A stretch of DNA of 64,000 nt, taken from NCBI GenBank assembly GCA_965140445.1, contig OZ223236.1:704001-768000 (forward strand), in the 5' to 3' direction. Both the position numbers and the translations under genes were made by a program. Positions within the stretch are counted from its first letter, which is position 1. Every line of letters begins with the position of its first letter. This stretch comes from Candidatus Ozemobacteraceae bacterium. Lineage in GTDB: Bacteria; Muiribacteriota; Ozemobacteria; Ozemobacterales; Ozemobacteraceae. Below the pieces are notes generated by a model. That model saw only the letters and a list, made by a program, of their open reading frames with translations. It was not told where the DNA came from and made no database searches. Below, piece by piece: positions 8,226-17,394 of the stretch.

Positions 8226-11200
8226 TTAGAATCTTTCGAAGTCAGAATCGTATTGGTCAAAGTCTTCTGACATATTTATGCTAACACCTTTTTTTACTTG
8301 AGCAGTTGCTGGAACAGCTTTTTCTTGAGGAGCAGCTTTTGGCTTAGGAGCTTCTTTGGCAACAGGCTTTTTTGCTACAATTTTAGAAGCGCTTTTCATT
8401 TCACCCTGCATTTTGAAGAAGCTAATTACAGATCTCATTTGCTCTGCTTGTGATGTCATTTCTTCAGAAGTTGAAGCCAATTCTTCTGCTGCGCCAGCAT
8501 TCTGTTGAATGACTGTGTCGAGCTGTTGAATTGCTTTGTTGATCTGATCTGCACCAGTGTTTTGTTCTTTACATGCCACGCTGATTTCCTGAATCAATTC
8601 TGCCGTTTTCTTAATGTCAGGAACGATTTTTGTCAGCATTTCGCCAGCTTTGCTTGCCACTTTTACACTTGAAGCGGAGAGGTTACGAATTTCACCTGCG
8701 GCCAACTGACTTCTTTCAGCTAGTTTTCTTACTTCAGATGCAACAACTGCAAAACCCTTACCATGTTCGCCAGCTCTAGCTGCCTCAATTGCAGCATTAA
8801 GAGCGAGAAGGTTGGTTTGGCGTGCAATTTCTTCAATGATGGCGATCTTAGACGCGATCTCGTTCATTGCTACAACAGTTTCAGAAACCGCTTTTCCGCC
8901 TTCTTCTGCATCCTGAGCAGCTTTTTGTGCGATTCTTTCAGTTTGAGATGCGTTGTCAGCATTTTGCTGAATGTTGGAGCTCATTTCTTCCATTGATGAA
9001 GAAACTTCTTCTGCTGCTGAAGCCTGGTCATTTGCACCGCTTGAGAGTTGTTCCGCACTTGATGAAAGTTCGTTACTTCCGTTTGCAACGTTGTCAGACG
9101 CTACTCTTATTTCGCTTGCAACCCTTGTAAGGTTTCGACATGCGTTATTCAAGTTCATCTTGATTTTATTGAAGTCGCCGTTGTAATTGTCGCTGATTTC
9201 TTCAGGGATTTCACCTCGAGAGATTTTATCAACGTAATCTGCAGCTACCTGGAGTGGATTGATAACAGCGTCTAGCGTATTATTTACCCCTTCCACAATT
9301 GATCTGTAGTCTCCCTGGTGCTTAGTAGCATCAGCTCTTGTAGAAAGCTGTCCATTAATCGCTGACTCTGCCAGCATATTGGCATCGTTTGCAAGCGCTC
9401 TAATTGCATTAACGCAACTGTTGACAGCTTCAGAAATCATTTTGAAGCTTTCGTGTGCTGCAGCAGTGTCTTCATCGCCTTTTTCAACAGCAAGCTTGAA
9501 GTTTAAATCACCCTTCGCCATTGCAGACAATCCTCTGGTAAGCTTTTCTGTTTCTTTAGTTTGATAGTTTGCAACCTTAGAAGCTACTCGACTGGCGGCT
9601 TTGACTGCGGTTAAGTCACTAACAACCTCAAAGGCTCCGATAACCTTTCCTGATCGATTCTTAATCGGGATACCAGAATAGGAGATATCAAGGCGTTTAC
9701 CATTTGGTCTTGCTTCGCACTCGCTTTGAGATGTTCTGTTACCCTGCATCGCTACTTGACATGCACATTTAGAAGTTTTACAGTCTTCAGTTTGGAACAG
9801 ATCGTAGCAATGCTTGCCTACAACGGTTTCCTGGGTCAATCCAACTGTCGATGCAGCAGCGGTATTCATGTATCGAACAGAGAATTTATCATCAATCAGC
9901 ATTGCTGGAGCAGGCATCGCGTCAAGTAGTCCTACCAGGCTGTCAATCGTTTGATTTACGCCTTCAACAATTCTTCTGTAGTCGCCGCTGTGTTTGCTTT
10001 CGTCCGCACGCTCATTTAATCTACCTTCTACTGCAGCTTCAGAAAGATAATTTGCGTCTGCAATAAGTGCGTTGATGTTATCAATACAGTTATTCAGGTT
10101 GACCTTAATTTCATTGAAATCGCCGTTGTAATTATCGGTAATTTTTTGTGGAATTTCTCCTTTTGAAATTCTGTCAATATACTCAGCAGAAACGTTCAGA
10201 GGGCCAATTACTGAATCAAGAGTGTTGTTAACGCCCTCGATAATAGCTTTAAACTCGCCCATGTGTTTAGAAGTGTTTGCTCTTGTCGCAAGTTTACCAG
10301 CAACAGCTGCGTTAGCTAGCATATTGGCATCTTGAACCATTGCATTAATGTTATCAATACAGTTATTCAGATTGATTTTTATTTCATTGAAGTCACCATT
10401 GTAATCATCAGTGATTTTCTGTGGAATTTCGCCTTTTGAAATTCTGTCAATATACTCAGCAGAAACGTTCAGAGGGCCAATTACTGAATCAAGAGTGTTG
10501 TTAACGCCTTCAATGATAGCTTTAAACTCACCCATATGTTTAGATGCGTCTGCTCTAGTCGCAAGTTTACCAGCAACAGCTGCGTTAGCTAGCATATTGG
10601 CATCTTGAACCATTGCGTTGATGTTATCGATACAGTTGTTCAGATTGACCTTAATTTCATTGAAATCACCATTATAGTTGTCAGTAATTTTTTGTGGAAT
10701 ATCGCCTTTTGAAATGCGATCAATGTATTCGGCGGAGACATTCAGAGGGCCAATTACTGAGTCAAGAGTGTTGTTAACGCCTTCAATGATAGCTTTAAAC
10801 TCACCCATATGTTTAGATGCGTCTGCTCTAGTCGCAAGTTTACCAGCAACAGCTGCGTTAGCTAGCATATTGGCATCTTGAACCATTGCGTTGATGTTAT
10901 CGATACAGTTGTTCAGATTGACCTTAATTTCATTGAAATCACCATTATAGTTGTCAGTAATTTTTTGTGGAATATCGCCTTTTGAAATGCGATCAATGTA
11001 TTCGGCGGAGACATTCAGAGGGCCAATTACTGCATCAAGAACATTGTTGACACCCTCAACTATTGGTCTGAATTCAAAGTTTATTTTTTCTGCATTCGCA
11101 CGTGTCGCGAGTTTCCCTGCAATAGCTGCGTCAATAAGGTTTCTTGTTTCTTTTTGAAGGTTTTCAAGAATTTCAGCAATATTACTTGTTAGATATTTGC

Positions 11201-12191
11201 CCATACCCGCTGAAACGATTAGCGCAATTAGTAAACCAAGCCAAAGTTGGTTGGATGCACTGCCAAGGTCTGAAACTGTTTCATTTGCGCCTTTGATGGA
11301 AAGATCCATGCCTGCTGACATAACAGCATTTGTAGCAGCTTGGACCGAAGCGCCAATGCTGCTGACTTCTTTTCCAAGTCCAGCTATTTCATTATCAAGC
11401 TTAACGTATTCTTCTAAACCATTTTTATAGCTCTCTCCAGCCTGGCTAATTACATCAAGCTCTTCAAGATCTTTTGCCATGCGTGTTATCGTTCGAATTT
11501 CCTTAAGTTTAGCCACAATTTGTGGATAAGTAGAAATAGCCTTTACAAGGCCTTCAGTATTCCGTTGGGCCTGAGCTTTCCAGGCGTTTATTCTAAGAGA
11601 ATTTCCCAGGTCTATGATGTCATTGATAATTGTTATTTTTCTGAGTCTTTCATTTAAGCCTGAGGCCTCTTTGGCAGAGCTAATTTCGCTTGCCATTGAT
11701 CTATTTTGGTTAGCCAGAAAAGCATTACAAGAGTCCATAAAGTTTTTGGCGGAAATGTCCAGTAATTTTCTGGTTTCTTCAACCGACTTAACCTTATCTT
11801 CTGATTTGGTTAATATTCCTTCGTATTTAGCTAGAAGATCTTTAATTTCAATTGAAGATGCTTTTAAAACCTTCAGACTTTGTTTATCAGCGAGTTCTTC
11901 TGCCTGAGGAACCAGTTCCTTTGTCATCTTGACTAAATGCTTGTGAGCTTCTTTTATAGAGCTTTCTGAAAACGTCATTTGATAGTTGTTTACTGCAAGT
12001 ATTGTTTGAGAAACATTTTCTTTTATTTCATCGGCGACTTTTGCTTCAACAATGTAAGCATTTGCAAGCTTCGCAGCTGTTCCCCCGGCTCCCCCCATTC
12101 TTGCTATAGACAATCCGCCAAGCAAAATTGTAATAGTTACAAGAACAATAATGGTAATTCCAATTTTTCCGCCTAATCGTAAATTATTCAT
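8226..12191 (-). CDS. Methyl-accepting chemotaxis protein: 2 TM, large helical periplasmic sensor, poly-HAMP array, cytoplasmic PAS, signalling domain, C-terminal pentapeptide DFERF
   Basis: [40 protein letters not shown]; repeated 91-aa HAMP-like units; PAS-like segment ([19 protein letters not shown]). Confidence 0.95.
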   Translation of the reverse strand: MNNLRLGGKIGITIIVLVTITILLGGLSIARMGGAGGTAAKLANAYIVEAKVADEIKENVSQTILAVNNYQMTFSESSIKEAHKHLVKMTKELVPQAEELADKQSLKVLKASSIEIKDLLAKYEGILTKSEDKVKSVEETRKLLDISAKNFMDSCNAFLANQNRSMASEISSAKEASGLNERLRKITIINDIIDLGNSLRINAWKAQAQRNTEGLVKAISTYPQIVAKLKEIRTITRMAKDLEELDVISQAGESYKNGLEEYVKLDNEIAGLGKEVSSIGASVQAATNAVMSAGMDLSIKGANETVSDLGSASNQLWLGLLIALIVSAGMGKYLTSNIAEILENLQKETRNLIDAAIAGKLATRANAEKINFEFRPIVEGVNNVLDAVIGPLNVSAEYIDRISKGDIPQKITDNYNGDFNEIKVNLNNCIDNINAMVQDANMLANAAVAGKLATRADASKHMGEFKAIIEGVNNTLDSVIGPLNVSAEYIDRISKGDIPQKITDNYNGDFNEIKVNLNNCIDNINAMVQDANMLANAAVAGKLATRADASKHMGEFKAIIEGVNNTLDSVIGPLNVSAEYIDRISKGEIPQKITDDYNGDFNEIKINLNNCIDNINAMVQDANMLANAAVAGKLATRANTSKHMGEFKAIIEGVNNTLDSVIGPLNVSAEYIDRISKGEIPQKITDNYNGDFNEIKVNLNNCIDNINALIADANYLSEAAVEGRLNERADESKHSGDYRRIVEGVNQTIDSLVGLLDAMPAPAMLIDDKFSVRYMNTAAASTVGLTQETVVGKHCYDLFQTEDCKTSKCACQVAMQGNRTSQSECEARPNGKRLDISYSGIPIKNRSGKVIGAFEVVSDLTAVKAASRVASKVANYQTKETEKLTRGLSAMAKGDLNFKLAVEKGDEDTAAAHESFKMISEAVNSCVNAIRALANDANMLAESAINGQLSTRADATKHQGDYRSIVEGVNNTLDAVINPLQVAADYVDKISRGEIPEEISDNYNGDFNKIKMNLNNACRNLTRVASEIRVASDNVANGSNELSSSAEQLSSGANDQASAAEEVSSSMEEMSSNIQQNADNASQTERIAQKAAQDAEEGGKAVSETVVAMNEIASKIAIIEEIARQTNLLALNAAIEAARAGEHGKGFAVVASEVRKLAERSQLAAGEIRNLSASSVKVASKAGEMLTKIVPDIKKTAELIQEISVACKEQNTGADQINKAIQQLDTVIQQNAGAAEELASTSEEMTSQAEQMRSVISFFKMQGEMKSASKIVAKKPVAKEAPKPKAAPQEKAVPATAQVKKGVSINMSEDFDQYDSDFERF
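10050..11130. repeat. Intragenic 273-bp tandem repeat (about 4 units) encoding HAMP pairs
   Basis: Anchor GGGCCAATTACTG at 10201, 10474, 10747 and 11020; outer boundaries approximate. Confidence 0.95.
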
Positions 12192-12305
12192 TCACCATTT
12201 ACTCCCTTCACGCTAATAAAATATCCAACAAAAAAAGTAGAACCTGTCTTATTAACTCCTCCCGCATTTTTTTTACTTTTCCAAAAGTGATTTGTTAAAG
12301 AATTG

Positions 12306-12893
12306 CTAACAATTCACGCACGATCTAATGCATGCCTCTATAAACTCGGAAATATTATTTCGCATAGGTGGGCCATGTCCTGGAAGAATTTCGTTAATCT
12401 TAAGTTTTGCGATCCTTTGAAAAAACTCTTTCATGGCCTCAGAGGCCTTTTCCCCCTTTTTTACTGGATTTATATGTGTGTCCCCACTAATAAGAATTTG
12501 ACTGGCCTGGCAATAGAAGCATAATGAATCAGAAGAATGCTGGGTGACATGTATTACCAACCAGTTTTCATCACCCATTTTAATTTTTTCGCCATCCTGT
12601 AAAATTATGTCAACAAATGGACCAGGGGCGTTAGCAAAAACCTTTGCTCCGTATTTCTTTTTTATTTCACCCACGCCTGCAGCATGGTCAAAATGATTAT
12701 GTGTCAAAACAATTTGCTCAACTGGAACTTTACCTACACCTGTGGGTATTTTTTCTATTTGCTCAATTGCGTATCCATCTGGACCTGGGTCGATCAATGT
12801 GTTTTTGTCTTCAATTCTGTTCCAGGAGCCAAGAAGCATATATGGATAGCAGCTGTAGGTTCTGGGATGAGGTTTTAGTGGCACTATTTTCAT
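12306..12893 (-). CDS. MBL-fold metallo-hydrolase
   Basis: LIDPG, THNHFDH (HxHxDH), HSSDS, ISGD, ILPGHG. Confidence 0.9.
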   Translation of the reverse strand: MKIVPLKPHPRTYSCYPYMLLGSWNRIEDKNTLIDPGPDGYAIEQIEKIPTGVGKVPVEQIVLTHNHFDHAAGVGEIKKKYGAKVFANAPGPFVDIILQDGEKIKMGDENWLVIHVTQHSSDSLCFYCQASQILISGDTHINPVKKGEKASEAMKEFFQRIAKLKINEILPGHGPPMRNNISEFIEACIRSCVNC

Positions 12894-13516
12894 CCGCCAA
12901 CCTCTTTTCTCTTGTAAACCTGAGCATCCGGGCGCAAGCTTTCAAAAAGCATATTGAGCTCTGGTGGAAGCTTCTGGGTATTTTCATTTGCCATTATTCC
13001 CTCTTTATCAAGGGCTTTATGAAACATATTATATACTTCAATTCTTTCATTTGGCTGCAAATGAAGGAGTACATTTTTACAAACAATTAAACTTATTCCA
13101 TTACTAATAGGGTTAAGGTCCAACAAATTTTGAAGGGTAAAGTTTACTTTACTGCGAAGAGTATCAATAACTTTTAAATGGTCCGCTTTATTGCCAGGCT
13201 CGAAGTATTTTTCCCTTAGTTTTTCAGGTATTCTAACGAGTTCACTAAAGGGGTATTCGCCAACGGTAACTATTTTTTCAAAATCAGGCTCAATGTCTGT
13301 TGCTTCAATTTGAACATTCTGAAAACCAAAATACCCCATTTTTTCAGCCAGAAGAATAGCGAGGGTGTAAACCTCTTGCCCCATAGCGCAACCCGCATCC
13401 CAGATTTTTATTTTACTTCGCCCCTGGGTTTGATCAAGCATGTGATCAATTGCATATTCTAAGGTTGGCACATCTCTGAAAAAGAAACTAAAAGCCATTT
13501 GCTTCTCCTTTTTCAT
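12890..13516 (-). CDS. Short CheR-type SAM methyltransferase lacking the N-terminal domain
   Basis: FFFRD, IWDAGCAMGQEVYTLA, ATDI, CKNVLLH; only about 200 aa. Confidence 0.8.
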   Translation of the reverse strand: MKKEKQMAFSFFFRDVPTLEYAIDHMLDQTQGRSKIKIWDAGCAMGQEVYTLAILLAEKMGYFGFQNVQIEATDIEPDFEKIVTVGEYPFSELVRIPEKLREKYFEPGNKADHLKVIDTLRSKVNFTLQNLLDLNPISNGISLIVCKNVLLHLQPNERIEVYNMFHKALDKEGIMANENTQKLPPELNMLFESLRPDAQVYKRKEVGG

Positions 13517-15764
13517 TTAAAGATTTGTTGCTTTGACCTCGGATTAAAATTCCCGGGTCAGCTATTAGTGCAACTGTTCCATCACCAAGTATGGTTGCGC
13601 CAGAAATGCCAGGTATATCGTTACAAAATTTTCCCCATGATTTTATGACTGTCTGATATTCACCAATGACCTGGTCGACAACGAATCCAATTCGTTGTTG
13701 ATCAACAAAAGTGATAACAATTTGTTGAATATCAGGTGGTTCACCTTCTATTTCAAATGTTTCTCTCAGTTGCATGTAAGGGACTATTTGGCCCCTAACC
13801 ATGACAACATTTTTTTCAAAATTTCTTTTTTGGTCTTCTTTTGTTAGCTCTATACATTCTTCAACGCTTGAAAGAGGAATTAAAAATAAATTTTCCCCGA
13901 GCTTCACCATTAAACCTTCAACAATCCCCAGGTTAAGCGGTAACTTTACAATGAAGCTGGTACCTTTTCCTGGAGAGCTTTTTAATTCAAGGCTTCCCCG
14001 CATTCCATTAACTGTTTTTTTTACGGAAGCTAGACCTAGAGCCTTGTGGGATCCAGCTTTACTAAGATTGGTAGCCATGCAGATTAGTTTGAAAAGATCG
14101 GTTTCTTTGCTGTCAAAAAATTGCTTAGGGTTTCTTTCTACGATTACTCTTTTTAACTCTTCAGGATCAATTCCAGCTCCATCATCAGAGATTTCAATGT
14201 AGAAATTCCCAGTAGATTGCCATGCGCTAATATTTAATACGCCTTTGACTGGCTTTCCAGACAATTCTCTTAATTCTGGAGACTCAAATCCGTGTTCTAT
14301 GCTATTTTCAATTAGTTTTTTTAGCGGTTGGAATAGCCTGTCTAAAAGTTCTTTGTCTATCTCTGTGTTCCAGCCTTTAACTGAGATCTCAATTTGTTTT
14401 CCATTTACGCGAGATTTTTCCTCTGCGATTTCAATTAATTTAGTGAAAACACTACCAACTGGAAGCATGCTCATTTTTAGAGCGCTGTCTCTAAGATCCC
14501 CAGTAAGGATTTCCAATTCCTGTGCAAGAGAAACTAATTCTGCATCTCCACTGGAAGAAGCGTTTTGACTCAACCTTGCTTGAATTGTTACTAATTCTCC
14601 AAGAAGATTGATCAGATGATCAATTTTTTGATATTCAGATCTATCCTCGTTGCCGACTTCGTAGGTATTGCTGGGCTCAGTTTCGCTATTGCTACTGCTT
14701 AATGGCATTGAAGCTATTTTTTGAATTGTTTCAACGTAAGATTCTTCAAATTGATCTTTTATGTTTGAAAACTGGTCACTATCAGTTAATTGGTTGGGGA
14801 AAACACTAGCCGACTCATCTTTTTCCTGGTTATCTTTAGCTATTGCCGGTTCGCTTTTTATCTCGGTGTTTTCAAATTCCTCTTCATTAGATTGATTTTC
14901 GCCATTATTCATGAGTTTTATAGTTAAATGACAAAGATCTTCAACGAATATGAAAACATCTCTAATAGAATTTTCATCGGCTGTTGTATTAAGCGTGATT
15001 TTCCACTTTAAATAGCAAGTTTCTGGATCAATTTTTTCGAATTCAGGCACGTCAGATGAGTCTACTTCTATTTCCACTTCTCCAAGATCTGAAATCTCCT
15101 GGAGGATCGATAGAGGATTGTTTCCAAAACTGAAATAGTTTGGTAGAGGTTCAAAGAAAATTTCCCAGGTTTGTTTCGGCTTTTCTGTGATTTCAACTTT
15201 TTCAAGTAACTCATTTTCTGATGATGCTATTTTGTTGCTGGTATCTGAATTTAATTCAGAAGATTGTGAGGCATCTTCGGTTGAGTCAGATGGCATTTCT
15301 ATTTCTGCGTCAAGGTCTTTGTCTTCTTTAGCTTTGGGAGTTTTTGAAGCTTTTCTTTCTATTGCATTGGCAAAAGAATCAAGTGGATTTTGGCGACCAA
15401 AATTCAGGAAAAAAGCTGATAACCTGGTTACGGCTTCAAGATTTTCTTGAGTATTTTCATCATCGGGAGTTATCAGAGCCACCATTTGATCTCTGGATTG
15501 AAGAGTTTTTTCAATTAAATCGGGGGTAATTTCCCATTCGCCATTTCTAACTTTTTCAAAAACCGATTCAATTATGTGAACAAAAGCTGCCAGGTCATTA
15601 TAGCCAAACATAGACCCAGAACCTTTTAACGTGTGAAGGATTCTTAACAATAGATTAATCTGTTCAACATCACTGTGGTTTTCTTCTAAATCAATCAGCA
15701 AACCTTCTAGTTGAGCTAAAAGGTCAACCGCCTCTTCAAAGAAAATTGACGAATGTTTGTCCAT
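13488..15764 (-). CDS. cheA: CheA-like protein (Hpt, P2, P3, P4, P5) with degenerate F/G2 boxes
   Basis: LRILHTLKGSG, IDHLINLLGELV, NSIEHG, DDGAGID, GATILGDG; ATP lid reads ICMATNLSKAGSHKALGL. Confidence 0.85.
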   Translation of the reverse strand: MDKHSSIFFEEAVDLLAQLEGLLIDLEENHSDVEQINLLLRILHTLKGSGSMFGYNDLAAFVHIIESVFEKVRNGEWEITPDLIEKTLQSRDQMVALITPDDENTQENLEAVTRLSAFFLNFGRQNPLDSFANAIERKASKTPKAKEDKDLDAEIEMPSDSTEDASQSSELNSDTSNKIASSENELLEKVEITEKPKQTWEIFFEPLPNYFSFGNNPLSILQEISDLGEVEIEVDSSDVPEFEKIDPETCYLKWKITLNTTADENSIRDVFIFVEDLCHLTIKLMNNGENQSNEEEFENTEIKSEPAIAKDNQEKDESASVFPNQLTDSDQFSNIKDQFEESYVETIQKIASMPLSSSNSETEPSNTYEVGNEDRSEYQKIDHLINLLGELVTIQARLSQNASSSGDAELVSLAQELEILTGDLRDSALKMSMLPVGSVFTKLIEIAEEKSRVNGKQIEISVKGWNTEIDKELLDRLFQPLKKLIENSIEHGFESPELRELSGKPVKGVLNISAWQSTGNFYIEISDDGAGIDPEELKRVIVERNPKQFFDSKETDLFKLICMATNLSKAGSHKALGLASVKKTVNGMRGSLELKSSPGKGTSFIVKLPLNLGIVEGLMVKLGENLFLIPLSSVEECIELTKEDQKRNFEKNVVMVRGQIVPYMQLRETFEIEGEPPDIQQIVITFVDQQRIGFVVDQVIGEYQTVIKSWGKFCNDIPGISGATILGDGTVALIADPGILIRGQSNKSLNEKGEANGF

Positions 15765-15798
15765 TTATATTCCTCGATAGAAAAGTGCTTGTGGTGGT

Positions 15799-16167
15799 TT
15801 AATCGTAGAGTAATTTATTTACAACAGCGATGAGGCGATCTGGATTAAATGGCTTTAACAGCCAACCAGAAGCACCAGCAGCACGGCCTGCCTGCTTGTT
15901 GTAATCCTGCCCTTCAGTTGTTAAAACCAGAATAGGGATAAACTTAAAAGCAATCTCGCTACGTAGCGATTTAACGAGGTCTATTCCATTTCTGTTGGGC
16001 ATGTTCAAATCGGTGATGACCATATCTGGTCTAAATCCACCAGCTTTTGAAATTGCGTCATCTCCGTCTGAGGCCTCAAGAACCTCAAAACCTGCGTCTT
16101 TTAATGTCCACGAAAGCATTTGCCTTATGCTGGCAGAATCGTCAGCAATTAGAATCCTCTTGTTCAT
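15799..16167 (-). CDS. cheY: CheY-like single-domain response regulator
   Basis: ILIADDS, ITDLNMP, LTTE, AGASGWLLKPF; adjacent to cheA. Confidence 0.9.
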   Translation of the reverse strand: MNKRILIADDSASIRQMLSWTLKDAGFEVLEASDGDDAISKAGGFRPDMVITDLNMPNRNGIDLVKSLRSEIAFKFIPILVLTTEGQDYNKQAGRAAGASGWLLKPFNPDRLIAVVNKLLYD

Positions 16168-16558
16168 TTTGTGCCTTCCTATTTTTTGTTACAGTTAGTC
16201 CAAACCATTTTCTTTTCTTTTCTGTTTCAAAGCCAGAAAGCTTTGTAACTTTATATATTTGATGGTCTGCTGGAGGAGCTGATAGGAAAATTTTCTTTTG
16301 TCCATTTTGACTGCTTTTACCTAGAGCGAGCAATAATTGGATGAACGAGAGGTCTAATTTGGCAATTTGGGAAATTTCAAGCTCAAATTCATCGCTTGCA
16401 GTTAAAGCTTCGTTTAACATAGCGTGCATTTGAGTTGCAAAATGAATTGTTCCTTCACCAGTTAAGGGAAATTTAAGTCTGGCTTTTGGACTTTGCTTAC
16501 GCTTTTTTTTGCTCTCAACGCTTTTAGAGGACCCAACCTGCTTTTTTGTTTGACCCAT
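16142..16558 (-). CDS. STAS (STAS_2/MlaB-like) domain protein, first gene of the che cluster
   Basis: LTGEGTI, LEISQIAKLDLSFIQLLLAL, KLSGF; STAS-cheY-cheA order. Confidence 0.7.
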   Translation of the reverse strand: MGQTKKQVGSSKSVESKKKRKQSPKARLKFPLTGEGTIHFATQMHAMLNEALTASDEFELEISQIAKLDLSFIQLLLALGKSSQNGQKKIFLSAPPADHQIYKVTKLSGFETEKKRKWFGLTVTKNRKAQNEQEDSNC

Positions 16559-16608
16559 TTTTCATCTCTCGCATTTGTCTGCTTTTTTTCTTCTCTTTAT
16601 CTAGATTT

Positions 16609-16646
16609 AGTATAACAGATAAAACTTGACTATTGGCAAGTTTTAT
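16609..16646 (-). promoter_or_regulatory. Putative extended -10 promoter for che cluster 1, with an adjacent perfect inverted repeat
   Basis: Minus strand TG-T-TATACT (16617-16609); ATAAAACTTG-N8-CAAGTTTTAT (16619-16646). Confidence 0.5.
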
Positions 16647-16852
16647 TTACATTTTAAAGCATTTTTTTGTTTATTTTTATATGTAAATCGCCATTGTTTT
16701 GTGTACACCGTTTGCGGTTTGAAATAAATCCTTGCTTTAAAATCTAACATTGTTTCTAAAATAAATTTTGCTAATTAGATAATTTTTTTCTAAGCAAGGT
16801 AAAATAGAAAAGATAAAAATCAAAAAATTAAAAATTCTGGAGTCGAAAAAAG

Positions 16853-17359
16853 TTGACAAATAAGCCATTTCTAAACTCTTACTGGGTTATTCCTGATAAA
16901 TTTCTTGCTGGCGAATATCCTTATAATCCTGGTGCAAAAGACCCGACCGCAAAGCTTGAATCTTTGATTAAATATGGATTCAACGTTTTTATTGATTTAA
17001 CTGAGGAAGATGAGCTGGGGCCATATAATAAGGTTTTAAATAGTCTGAATTCGGATGTTGAGCATTGCCGCTTTCCAATTGAGGATAGATCAATTACTGA
17101 TAATGAATCAATGATGGAAATTCAGGACAAGATAGCCACCAGCCTCGTTAATGATAAGAAAGTTTATGTGCATTGTTATGGAGGAATTGGCAGGACGGGG
17201 CTAGTCGTTGGCTGTTGGCTTGCCAACAAACATAAAGATGGCGAATTGGCACTGGAAAAACTAAAAACGTTATGGGATGACAACCCAAAGTCAAAGTGGA
17301 CAACCTCACCAGAAACAGATGATCAAAAAGAGTTTGTTAGAAATTGGAAGCAGTGCTAA
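16853..17359 (+). CDS. Dual-specificity / protein-tyrosine phosphatase
   Basis: HCYGGIGRTG (Cx5R), FLAGEYP, SPETDDQ; TTG start. Confidence 0.9.
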   Translation: MTNKPFLNSYWVIPDKFLAGEYPYNPGAKDPTAKLESLIKYGFNVFIDLTEEDELGPYNKVLNSLNSDVEHCRFPIEDRSITDNESMMEIQDKIATSLVNDKKVYVHCYGGIGRTGLVVGCWLANKHKDGELALEKLKTLWDDNPKSKWTTSPETDDQKEFVRNWKQC

Positions 17360-17394
17360 TACTGTTTACATAGTTTAAAATATGGAGAAATTTT

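Noticed and set aside
10050..11130. Repeats as a CRISPR array or mobile element
   Set aside because: Units are 273 bp, in frame, have no unique spacers and encode HAMP domains
16142..16558. STAS protein as the substrate of the hydrogenase-linked PP2C phosphatases, linking H2 sensing to chemotaxis
   Set aside because: It is more than 20 kb away, it has DLS rather than the DS(S/T) phospho-site of anti-anti-sigma factors, and STAS genes commonly head che operons
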